This document shows positions 1 to 11,231 of a DNA stretch of 64,000 bases, piece by piece. Location of the stretch: the NCBI RefSeq assembly GCF_002105155.1, contig NW_019029000.1, forward strand, positions 434,001 through 498,000. The letters are read 5' to 3'. The DNA is from Lobosporangium transversale (lineage: Eukaryota). The number at the start of each line of letters is the position of its first letter. The first letter of the stretch is position 1. Position numbers and translations under genes: made by a program. The notes under the pieces are model-generated. The model ran no database searches. It saw only the letters and a list, made by a program, of their open reading frames with translations, and had not been told where the DNA came from.

Positions 1-646
1 CTACCTTCATCATCCCTGTCACCATGAAGCCTTATAGAGGTTTGACCTGGCCTAGGCTGTTTTTTATACTTTTTATATATTCAGCCCTCCTCGCCTTCTA
101 AATGCAAGAGGACATAATGGAGGTTGTCGTAAGCCGTATGGGCCTCACTGATTTCTTTCAAACCACCGACTCTACTTTCTGTTATGATGTTTCACTGGGA
201 AACCTTATTACTGTCGCCAGGCATCAAAACCACAATTTCAGTTGATGAGAGGGGAAACTTGGTGGAGTAAGTGCCGTTAGACCAAGGACTTGAACTTGGC
301 TGTCCTTGGAATAGGACAAATACACTCTTGCTGAGAAGAGCAACTTGCGTCAAGCAAGCACTACATTCAAGTTTGATTGCATTTTTAAGCCTTTCTTCCC
401 CCTTTTTCCTCTCTTCCTCTTCTTCCATCTCCTGCCCAAGTAATACAAGCAGGGTAGAGTTGATAGGGCTATAAGCCCAATTATACTCCTCCTCCTTTCC
501 AGTTTCCTCCGCCCGTTCTCCCCGCAACTTCTCTTCAGACCCCACGGCTCGCCGGGGTCGTCGTACTTTGATGACTCGTTGCACACTCGATGTGCGAGAG
601 CGTTTGGCAGGCGGCGAATGTCTGACAGATGAGCGTGTGGAATATA

Positions 647-678
<32 letters not shown>

Positions 679-688
679 CAATGAAAAG

Positions 689-750
689 TGAAAGTAAAGG
701 TATGTGAAAGTAAAGTCTGTGAAAGTAAAGTCTGTGAAAGTAAAGAGTGT
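689..750. repeat. Short tandem repeat, ~15-bp unit GTGAAAGTAAAGTCT, ~4 imperfect copies
   Basis: gtgaaagtaaaggtat gtgaaagtaaagtct gtgaaagtaaagtct gtgaaagtaaagagt read directly. Confidence 0.85.
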
Positions 751-1024
751 GGTAGAAAAAGGTTTAAAGTAGTAAAGTAGTATGCTAAGAGTTAAGACCC
801 ACAATATATACACATTGTAGACATGACCTTTAATAGTGTGTGTGTGCCGTACTCAAAGGGCACATCAATAGCGTCAGAACTTGCATAATAACGTAATGAG
901 TAGCAGAAGTAGAGGTCAAAATTTTCAGAGCAAACATATTTTTTGGTGTCGAGATTTGCAATGGAGAGGGAGCTGCCCTTTATTTTCTCCTTTCATTAAT
1001 AAGATTTTTTTTTCATTCTTTGTA

Positions 1025-3835
1025 TCATTTTAGTATATAAGAAGAAGAAGAAGGAGGATCAAGGTTCACTCCTTGACCTAGCTCAACAGACCCGCGGCTG
1101 TGTGGAGGATACACTGGGAGCATATGCTGGTCGTGGCTATAATTTATACCACTGTATGGGCTCAGTGTTGGTCTAGATGAAGATGCTGAAAGATCAGCAA
1201 GTCCACTGCCACTGCCTAAAAACATCATTTCATGGCTCGGATAAATATCACGATGGGTTGTTATGATACTTTGGCTAGCAACGGTAGGCGGGAGCTTGAT
1301 GCGTTCCATAATTCCATCACGAGTCCCGCCTATTTGATTACGTACGCTTCCACGTGGAGAAGCGGAGACTCCATCCACGTTATGTTTCTCTCTCCGATGC
1401 CTAAGCAGGTCATGATTTCTCTTATAACTCTTGTCTGCACAGTCCCAACAGACAAACGGCCTATCTGACGAATGGCTTACGATATGAGAACGTAGGAGAC
1501 CTTTGGACTGAAACTCCTTGTCGCAATGTGGACACTTTGCGGACCGAACGCTTTCGCCTTCAGAACCCTCATCCTCGCCATTATCGTTTAGTGGTGGTAT
1601 GCTATTTGGAACCACGGGCGCATAATGGCTTCCCATGCTAGCTATGGGATCGGCCTTAGTGTCAATAGTCGGGCTTGGCTGGGTACTGTTGCTGAGTGAT
1701 GATCGTTTTGAGGTGGCCTGTAAACCTTTGCTGTTAATAGCACCGGCCTCTGATGTTGCACAGTATCCCTCTCTATATGGTGTTGACTGCATAGGCGAGG
1801 AAGAAATTATATGGCTGCTATTGCTACTATAACTACTGTTATTATTACTCGAATGACGCGCACGTGGGATTGGCTTTGACATCGCTGGAAATGGAGCAGT
1901 TGAAGTAACAGGGTGGTGTCTCCCAAAAGCAGGGCTACTGGTAGTTGTCCTGGGGCCCTGCGGTGGCATGGTCGAGAACGCTTTGGAGTTATGGGTAGAA
2001 GATGGCATTCCAAGCAATATAGGCCCAGGCGCTGCTAGTGGTAGGATGGCAGTGGAGCTGGCATTAGATGCGGTAGAGATGGTCTCAGTAGTCGATGTAT
2101 CCTTTTTCACACTGGCATCCTTTTGGAGTGGATGCTGCGGCACTTGGCTGTTAGGGAAGGAGGCTATGGGGGAAAGGGGTGTCGGAGGCTGTGTGGACCG
2201 TGGACTGGACTCAGTCGTTGCCTGTGATGCCGTTCTGATTGCTACTGTTGGTAACGCTGTCACCATGGCCTTGGAGGAGATGCTTAGCTCTCGAGAGCTT
2301 CCGAGACGTCGTCGCTGGGCCGGTCTCAAACTTTCAGCCGTGGTCATGTCATCAGCTGCATGCTTGGTGTTATGCTTAGCAGTAGCTGGCTCTTCAAACT
2401 TTGGCTTGCAGTCAGCAGATTCGGAGCCGAGCGATGCTGCTAGGCCAGTGCACGCAATCGTCTGAAATGGATGCGGGGTGATTCGGGGATTTGCTGTAGA
2501 TGTAAAAGCCATGGGACCAAATGGATTGTATGGATTGGCACTAATGCCGCCATTATTTTCAGATGCTGGCGCTGGAGCTCCAGATTCTGATAGCCCAACA
2601 GCAGAGCCAACTGGGCCACGTGTCGATGTCATTTTATTTGCAGATGGGGTGCCAAGGTCACTAATGCCAGTGATCCAGTCAAAGTCATTCCCAAAATAGC
2701 GATCAGGAGTCAGACTTTGGAGAGTCGTTCCTGTTACCCATTGTTGTTGCGATGACTGCTGTTTGTTCGGGATACGACCTTGGTGTGCAAGTTGCTGTTG
2801 TTGCTGCTGATGATGTTGGTTCAGCTGATTTTGATACTGATGCGGATCAACGTAGAGGACGTTTCCGAACGTCTCCATATTTGCCAAAGGCAATGGCCCG
2901 AAGTTGCCTGAGAGGGGTGTCATAGGTGTGGTGGAAGCAGACCAAGAAAAGAACCGACCTCGCTTCTGATAAGATCCGCCATTCTGATATTGCTGCAGCG
3001 GCAGCTGTTGTGTTCGTTGCTGGAGCATGCTTCGTTGCTGCTGTGGAGATAAATGTTGGTATTGTTGATAATAAGACTCAATACCACTGGTCGATCGCTG
3101 GAGCGCTGCTGGTTGTTGCTGGTTAGGATGAGTATGATAGTGTGAATGCTCGTATTGTATCAAGTGTGGAGCTGATAGAGGAGCAACAGGGGAGGGGGAA
3201 GGAGGAGTGAGCGTTGTCGGAGGTAGTGGTGGTGGCAACGATGATGGTGAAAGTGACGGTGATGACGATAGCTGTGTTAATGGAGGCGGTGGGAAAGGTT
3301 GAAGATGAGAAGAAGGGTGCATAACTTGTAGAAGTTGTTGAGGGTGAAACTGATTGTGAAGGAAAGGGGTCTGAAGATACAATTGATTTTCTTGAACCTG
3401 ACGCCGTTGCAAAATTTCCTGGGTCCGATCCTGTTGGATTGTCATCAGCATGATGCTGTCTCTGCTCTTTGGCTCGAAATTGTGGCTGCTGTGGTTATTG
3501 CCAGGGGTCAATAGATGATAAGGATCGATGGCAGACAGGGATATGGACCCGAAATTAGCGCAGACTAGGGGCTCGGAGCCTGATCTGCTTGCTTTGAATG
3601 TATAATCTGTTGGTTCAACAGGGAGCTGTGGTGATGGTGATGTTGGCGGCGTAGGAGAGGCGGCATCTGTTGTAGAGGGTGATGGCAACGACGACGACGA
3701 GGGTAATGATGATGGGCTCTGGAGAGGGAAGCTGGTTGGCAATACAGAGCTGTTTGTCGTGGACTTAGCTGTGGTACTGGAGCTGCAATGATGCTCACGC
3801 CCTTTAAGATTCTTTTTCTGGTCGGCTGACTGCAT
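1025..3835 (-). CDS. C2H2 zinc-finger protein, probable transcription factor; long Q/S/P-rich disordered region, two fingers near the C-terminus, apparently intronless
   Basis: CPHCDKEFQSKGLLRSHIVSH-SSDRPF-VCWDCADKSYKRNHDLLRHRREKH. Start placed at MQSADQ (ATG 3835) because the upstream part of the 999-aa ORF looks non-coding; true start uncertain. Confidence 0.8.
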   Translation of the reverse strand: MQSADQKKNLKGREHHCSSSTTAKSTTNSSVLPTSFPLQSPSSLPSSSSLPSPSTTDAASPTPPTSPSPQLPVEPTDYTFKASRSGSEPLVCANFGSISLSAIDPYHLLTPGNNHSSHNFEPKSRDSIMLMTIQQDRTQEILQRRQVQENQLYLQTPFLHNQFHPQQLLQVMHPSSHLQPFPPPPLTQLSSSPSLSPSSLPPPLPPTTLTPPSPSPVAPLSAPHLIQYEHSHYHTHPNQQQPAALQRSTSGIESYYQQYQHLSPQQQRSMLQQRTQQLPLQQYQNGGSYQKRGRFFSWSASTTPMTPLSGNFGPLPLANMETFGNVLYVDPHQYQNQLNQHHQQQQQQLAHQGRIPNKQQSSQQQWVTGTTLQSLTPDRYFGNDFDWITGISDLGTPSANKMTSTRGPVGSAVGLSESGAPAPASENNGGISANPYNPFGPMAFTSTANPRITPHPFQTIACTGLAASLGSESADCKPKFEEPATAKHNTKHAADDMTTAESLRPAQRRRLGSSRELSISSKAMVTALPTVAIRTASQATTESSPRSTQPPTPLSPIASFPNSQVPQHPLQKDASVKKDTSTTETISTASNASSTAILPLAAPGPILLGMPSSTHNSKAFSTMPPQGPRTTTSSPAFGRHHPVTSTAPFPAMSKPIPRARHSSNNNSSYSSNSSHIISSSPMQSTPYREGYCATSEAGAINSKGLQATSKRSSLSNSTQPSPTIDTKADPIASMGSHYAPVVPNSIPPLNDNGEDEGSEGESVRSAKCPHCDKEFQSKGLLRSHIVSHSSDRPFVCWDCADKSYKRNHDLLRHRREKHNVDGVSASPRGSVRNQIGGTRDGIMERIKLPPTVASQSIITTHRDIYPSHEMMFLGSGSGLADLSASSSRPTLSPYSGINYSHDQHMLPVYPPHSRGSVELGQGVNLDPPSSSSYILK

Positions 3836-4395
3836 CGGCAACGAGTCGAGGACACGGAGCAATCTGGAGCAAATGGATGTGAGAGCGAGGGCCTTCGGGA
3901 AGAGGGTGAACGTTCTGCAAGGTCTGTTAGCTTTGATTGGGTTGGAATTGACATACATGCACTTTGCATCCAGACAAACACGCACGCACATACACAAACA
4001 AACAAAACATTTGTTCAAACTCACATTTAAATAACTACTTTATAAATGTATGAATTGTTAAGCTCTTTGTCTGTATTGAGATGCTGCTGTCGCTACGCTC
4101 GAGGAAAGCAGCGTTACTCGAAGCAGAAGAACGGGATGGACAGAAAGATGGAAAGAAAAGAATAAAATTAACGAACTAAAAGAGAAAGTGAGTAGTGGAT
4201 GAACAATGCAGTGGGTGAGTGCTCTGGTGCCGTTTTTTTTTATCTTATATCCCCCAGTCTTTCCGAGAGATGAGGAGAAGCATGAAGAGGGCAAAAGAGA
4301 TAAAGATAATAAAAAGAGAAAAGGAAAAAAAAAAGAGACGACCGATACAAATATGTTGTGCAGTGAGGGGACGATACAAAAATGCATTGCATGTG

Positions 4396-4453
4396 TGTGC
4401 ATTTGTCCATTTGTGCATTTGTCCATTTGTGCATTTGTCCATTTGTGCATTTG
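4396..4453. repeat. Tandem repeat, 16-bp unit TGTGCATTTGTCCATT (degenerate 8-mer doublet), ~3.5 copies
   Basis: Directly visible upstream of the zinc-finger gene; explains the repetitive spurious ORFs here. Confidence 0.85.
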
Positions 4454-6452
4454 GAAATAAGTGTAATAGCCCACTCCTGGATCTTTTTACTCGTCACTCC
4501 TTCTTAAAATCTCGATCACACTTCTGCCAGAAAAATAGTATCAAGTAAGAAAAATGGCAGACAGACAGATTTATAAAAGATTTTGGCATCATTATAGTCA
4601 TCCAACGAACTTTTCGGAACAGGATCTGCAAAAAAAAAAAAAAAAAAAAAGTGTCTACCGGTCATACCGCTATTTTGGCAACTTTACTTTTCTTTACTGG
4701 GTACACAAGCAAGGTGCATGGCACAAAAAAAATGTCTAGAACTCAAAAAACACCTAATCTTTTGGTACATGGTGCTCTATTATACTAGTCTATTTTGACC
4801 ACAGGAGTTTGTCATCTACATTGAGTCTTTTTTCTTTTCTTTCACTCATTTATGCTTGCTGGCCAATGCTCAAAACACATCCGTAGAGGCATTAAACACT
4901 CTGAGACATATACATAAATCCCCTCTTCATGAGATTGGGTGATGTAGAACTAGGAGTTAATGAGAATGGCAAATCCTTCCCGATGATCGCAACCAGGGAG
5001 GTGCTTGGATGCACTCATCTCCCTCTCAGTGCTGAGCCCATGCAAGAGAGTATGAGAGAGAAAAGAGAAGAGGATTGGTTTAAATTGTCAAGTGCATGTA
5101 ACGGTATTGGTCATGGCAAGATGTGAACACTTTTTTTATTTTTCCTTCCCTTCTTTCTGGTTTCAAGAGGCTCCGCTCCCAATTCAGTCTCAAAAGGGGA
5201 TGAATGAACCAAAATTTTGGTTTCGTTCAACATTGCATGCATGTTAGCAAAAATAAAAGAGGGAACATCACGGATCAAGGGTCAAGGGGGGGGCGCTCAG
5301 ATCTTTTTTTTTTTTATTCATTTGCTTTTTGAAGACTTTGAAGACTTTGAACACTGTGACCCACGAGGTATTTTTTTTGTATTCATTTGATTCATTTGAT
5401 GATTTTTGCATTGTAACTCTAAAATAGACTAACATTTTTTATTTAAAAAAAAAAAAAAAAAACAATCTGAAGTTCATCTACAACTGTGTACAGAGAGAAG
5501 AAAAGAGAAGAGAGTCATGATTCAGTTAGTCTACAAGAGACCAATAAGGTCGTCCAAAATAAACCATTGTTCGCGCTATTGCTCTATTGTTTACCACACG
5601 TTTTGATGCGAAAAGTTTCTTGTCATATTTTCAGGACGAGGTGTTTACTGTGGATGGTTATTCAAAGAGTTTGCTATCTGAATCCATTAACATGGGATGA
5701 ACTTTTTCTCTCATTTTGTCGCTATTGACGTGTTTCCGCGCGAAACATTAAGTAAGCTAGAGTTGTGCGAAGAAAGAAACCCCAGATCCACCCCCTTTCA
5801 TCGCTTCTTTTGGAAATTGGTAAAGGGCTGGATTATAAAAAAAGAAAGAGGCATGAGCACACATCATGTCCAAAGCGTTCACGCAGCAAATGTGGTTACC
5901 GCATTATTTTCATTATTTGAAGTGTGCATCGTGCGAATTTTGACGGGCAGAGAGTCTCAGGTGTCACGGCCATTTTATTTTTGTCAGAGGGTCTAGCTTC
6001 ACTCTTTTTGGATGGTCCTTTTCAATTATAAGAATTTTGTTAAGTAGATCATTTATATTTGAAAAAGTCTAACCAAAAAGAACGACTGGCTTGACCCCCA
6101 GATCATTTTTCTTGTTTCATAAATTGCATTCACGTACGTTTACCCACAGTCCTCTCTCGCTCATTTGTACGTAGTGAATGGTGCAGATTTTTCTCTTGGA
6201 AGACAAAGTCCAATGGCCCTATTGATGTTGATCGGCGTCCATCATATCTGATCCTACTGTATCCCTTTATTCTCTACCTCTTCTTCTTTTACTTTTCTTC
6301 TCTCTCGAATGTAACTTTGAGCGAATACAATAGACTTCTCTGTCTTCCAAAGTCATACGCACGCATATCATATTTACATTGCAGAACACTCCTTCCAGCA
6401 CGATTTCATAGGATAAAAGCCTCTTTCTAATAACCTGTACCTCTAACCAACC

Positions 6453-7263
6453 ATGCCTCCATACACTGCTGTCGCTTCTATACCCCGCCACTTGGCCTTG
6501 GGCCAAAATGGCTCCTCCGATCCATCATCTCCACAGCAATGCGAGGTAAACTTGCAGAGATTGCTATTATTTATAACGCCATAATTTACAGGACCGCGCT
6601 TTCCTATATTTTACCGTTTTGTAGTCTAGCATTTTCGTGAATATTTAATGCATTCCCCTTTTTGGAATTCTTTATATCGCGTTGGATAGTCACCATTTGA
6701 TACCCAAATGGATCACCTCAAATATGCACAGTTTTCTGCCTCGGAGACATTGAAGGTTGGAATGGAAAGGTAAGGTCCCATGTCTCATACTTGTCAACGC
6801 TTTTTTTTATTTATTTATTCAAGTCATGAAATGTTAAGATCCACTTATTAACATATCCGTACTACATGCAAAAAAGAGCGTTTGATCCTATCTCAAAATA
6901 CCGCTTGAACGTCAAGACCCATGTCTTCAAGAAGGAGCAGCAAGAGTACGTACCTACCCGAAGCGACGAGCGACTTCGCATCGAGACTATCGTCTATGCG
7001 GAGATATCCATTGTGGACCAAGAAAAGGGTTCCATGGTCCGACAGTACGATTACTTACGGCTTCCTAGAAATCTCTTCCTGGCTTTGCCCGAAAAGATCA
7101 TGTACCCGCAAGATATGGCTTCGAAGCGCATCTTGAGTGTCTCTGCAGCTGTCATGTGTCCGTCGAACGACTGGAAGGTTGAGGAAGAGGCGTGTGTTCG
7201 TTGCTCTCGTCGTATGTCTGCCAAGCTCGAAGAGAACGAATGTCGTGTAAGTTTATCTGACTA

Positions 7264-7297
<34 letters not shown>

Positions 7298-9523
7298 CAT
7301 ATTTTTATGGTGATTTTATAGCTGACTAATATTGTCTTCTATTACATGTAGATTATGCATATCCTACCCGAGTTATATCGTACTGAAGATGGCGATGCAT
7401 TGGTTAACTTTCGCAGTGGCGTGGCCAATATCCAATTTAAAATCAATTGCTATTGTGGGCATAAAAAGGAAAAGGAAGGATTTGTAGTCCGATTTGAAGC
7501 TCTGTCGGACAGTTCCATTGCTTCCCATGCTACCACGCCACTCATGTTCTATCATCAGAACAAAAATCGTATGGCGGCTCGTGCACTTGCTGCTGCTGCC
7601 AGGACGCAACGGAAGGCTGAGAAGCTCCGGCAGCAGCAGGAATACGCTCGAGCCCGTAGTGTTATTAAGTCCGTCAGTGAAAAGTCGAAACGAGAACCAC
7701 GGAGTAGAGGTAGACCACCGAAGAATATACCCGCAGGTCAGTCTCACCAAGCACATCAGCTGCAGCCGCATCAGCAACATCACCAGCTACCTTCACCGTC
7801 ATCATCGTTAATGAGTTCTCCAGGCGGCTACTCAGTCAGCCCAATTCTGCATGATTCGATAAACCACACGGATGGATCCTTCCCAGCTACCTCATTATCT
7901 CTATCTGGTCCGATGATGCCCTTGTTCGCTGAGCAATCTCACGAGTGCGTTGCCAATGTTCCACAACAGCTCCTTGTTCAGCAACAGCCCATTGCCACTA
8001 TCAGTCATATGACACCCAATAGCGGTCCTACTCGTGGCGGTACGCTGGTGACTATCCATGGCTCAGATTTTACAGTTGGTGAGATGATGTACGTTTGCTT
8101 TGGCGAGATATTTGTACCGGTCATCCCTCAGCACAGCCAAATGTTAGAGTGCTTTACACCCGCCTGGATGCGAGCTGAAACTGTCCCAGTCTTTGCATTG
8201 CGTTCCGATGCTCCTACAAGCCTCCTCTCCCAGTCAACATTCACCTATGTCGACGACAACGAGAAGGAACTTATCAAGCTGGCTCTCCAGCGCGTCATGA
8301 CCATTGCAGCACATATGGAAGGCTCTCTTGATACAGTTAGAGAGCGTGCCAATGAACTAGCTGCATGGAGTGATATTTTAGGTACCGTGAGCAGTTTAGA
8401 TGGATCGCTAGATCTACCTACATCCGTTTCATCTACCTTCCCGTCCACATCATTCAACTCGACACAGGGATCGCCGTTTACAAACTTGGAAACTATGATC
8501 CTAGAGTCGCTTAAGTTGACAGATTCAAGTATGAGCAGACACACGGATGGGCTATCGACTTGCACCAGCACTGGTCACACGATGCTACATTTAGCTGTCA
8601 TACTGCACCTCGAGCAGCTTGTCAAGGACCTGCTTTCTAGAGGTATTGACGCTTGCGCCAAGGATAAGAATGGTTTGACCGCTATTGACCTAGCACGTCT
8701 CTTTAAGAATCAAAGCATGATGGATATTCTATCCGCGACCAAGCATAAGCAAGATGACGAGGATGAAAATAACAAGATTCATCACCATAATGGCCTGGAT
8801 TCTTTCGACCTTCCAAGGTTTAGGCACCTGAAACTACTTACCATAACCAAGAACAGAGGCTCAGGCGATCCTCATATGAGCCTTGAGTGGACTGGTTTTG
8901 ACCAGACTAAACACCACACTACCTCTTCTGCAAATAATGCGCACGCCACGCCACTCGAGTCGCGGGAGTACCTAGTGCAGCAGCGCCAACAGCAGCAGCA
9001 GCAGCAAAGGAGCGACGGAGCAATGGCTCTGGCGTCTACTATCTCCGATATTGCTCAGAGTGCCTCCACCGCACGACACATTGAGGCTGGGGCAATTGCT
9101 TCAAAGACCATAGGCCAAAACCATGATCAGTCTCTCCACGAACGCCAGCAAGACATTTACGGAGCAGATAAAACTGCTAGTCCCGGGTTGGCTGCCCATG
9201 GCGGAGAGGCCGGCTGCAATGTCGTTGTGGCCCGCCGAGGCAGCAACGACAATAGTAGGTTACTAGATGGATCTACTCAGCAGGCTGTAGTTCAGAGCAG
9301 CCGTTACGATGTCGAATCTGAGCCTGCGTTGTACCTAGGAGGCCAACCAGTGGTCTTATACCACCACTGTCCCACCTCATCAACAGCACTGTCGAACTCT
9401 CGTCAGGAGAGAGAAAATAATGAATCCTTTAATCACATTGAGTCGCACGCTGGACCTAGCAACGCCAGCAAGAGTGATGATAGCGGTCTTGATGGTGAAG
9501 GTGATGATTCGGCCTCTGTTTAA
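6453..9523 (+). CDS. SPT23/MGA2-like transcription factor (N-terminal domain + IPT/TIG + ankyrin repeats); exons approx. 6453-6545, 6690-6769, 6877-7246, 7352-9523
   Basis: RIETIV..., CVRCSRR and INCYCGHKKEKEGF resemble the Spt23/Mga2 N-terminal domain. ISHMTPNSGPTRGGTLVTIHGSDF is an IPT motif. GHTMLHLAV...DKNGLTAIDLA is ankyrin. GT-AG junctions keep the frame. First two exons less certain. Confidence 0.78.
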
Positions 9524-9881
9524 ACAATACACCCATTGTTGTGTAACGCTGCAGAAGGACATCCACGGCAGCCACGGACTACTGATCTTTTTACATAAGG
9601 ATTTCATTAAAAGCAACATAGCGCTGGTCGTAACATCGTTTCAATTTTTCTTTCTTTTGTATAAAACAACAATCAAACAATTTCAGTGGTATCAACTTTA
9701 TAGCTTTTTCTTTTTTCACTTTTGTGCCCTCAGTGTCATAACAGTAATAGTTAGAATAAAAATCAACAAAAATACATGTATATTTCTCTGTTTGCCACGC
9801 TACAGCACTACAAGGGGGAGAAGACTAGTTTAGAGGTGCACATGAAGCGAGGCAATTGATGCAATGGCTCTTGCATTGAGC

Positions 9882-10831
9882 TTATTCACGGAAACCGGGA
9901 CGGTTCAGAGAAGTTAACGACTGAATGCCAAATCCGTCATCGTCATCATCATCGTTATCATCATCGTCATCATCGTCATCATCATCAGGTTGGTGACGCT
10001 TCAGCGGCTCGACATACACAGGATGGCTCGCGTTATTTTCAACCTTGGGATGTTGAGACTTGAATGTCTGGCTTAACTTATTGCGAAGAGCTTTATCTTC
10101 CGGTAATTGATCGCCATTATCAACACCACCGCTACCCTCTGGTCGATCGCCTGTAGGCTCTCCTGAGGTAATTTCGGGAGTTGATCCACGTGCTTGAGGT
10201 AATGTACGGTTGTCTCGTTGGATGGGAGCAGAATCAGAGGAATGTGATTGCTCCAATGAAGGATCGTAGCGCATCCCAGGCCCTGTAGCGGGCGCAGGGT
10301 TTGGTCCAAGTATAGGTGCAGGGGCAGGGACAGGGGCAGGGACAGGGGCAGGGATGGCAGGATTAGGCGTAGAGGATGACTCCTGATGTTGTGTAGGCTG
10401 CTTTTGTGAAGGTAATGAGGGGGGCTCGTTTGAACTTGGGACACGTCCGCCCATCTGGACAGCCATAAGGGTCGACATCATCTTTCGGAGTTCAGCCAAT
10501 TCTTCATGGATATCATTTTTCATTTCGGTAACACCTTGGCTGACAGATCCTTGGTTCTGTTTCATCACTTGCATATCCCTGAGAACAGCTTGTTGAGTCA
10601 AAAGCTGTTTGTCAGAATAGGTATCGACCAAGAATCGGTTTTCTATTGACAGCTGAGATTTATTGGCGATAAAGTACTTGGACTCGTACAGATCAGCTTC
10701 TTTCTCGCTTGCGCCGTAATAGATATAATCCGGAAAAAAGTTGCGATTTTGGCGAGCAACATCTGATAGATAGCATGTCTCCACATCTATGTAGTGATAA
10801 AGAAAAGAGGTTTAAATAAGAGTTTAATATG

Positions 10832-10869
<38 letters not shown>

Positions 10870-11196
10870 AGTTAATCGACAACACTCACCAGAAATGACT
10901 TCGGACAACTGTTTCAGCCAAGCTAATTGACCTTCTTGCTTGCTCTCGTTGTAAGCATCATTCATCAAAGCTATACGATATTTAAAAAACAGCAGATTCC
11001 TGTGTTAGCTAAGAATAACAAGCAAAAGCATTTGCAATCTTCTTGGTAAGGAAATCAAAGAGAAGATCAAATAGACCTTACCAATGAGAATATTCATGAA
11101 CAACACAGTCGTGAAGAAGAAAAAGATCACCATCATAATATGAAAGCTAGCTGGCCCATTTACAAATGAGTTGTCCACAGGCTCGTATCGTCCAGC

Positions 11197-11231
<35 letters not shown>

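Noticed and set aside
192..647. Possible minus-strand exon (IYSTRSS...EEEERKKGEERLK...) after an A-run/AG acceptor
   Set aside because: No recognisable domain and no in-phase upstream donor or start found; cannot support a gene call at the window edge.
1968..2699. Antisense ORFs over coding exons (also at 13872, 18164, 21683, 48555, 60641 and 62460)
   Set aside because: Shadows of real genes on the opposite strand, with no independent motifs.
4058..4548. Overlapping ORFs with repeated MHKWTNAQ / VHLCIC peptides
   Set aside because: Products of the 16-bp tandem repeat and purine-rich leader DNA.
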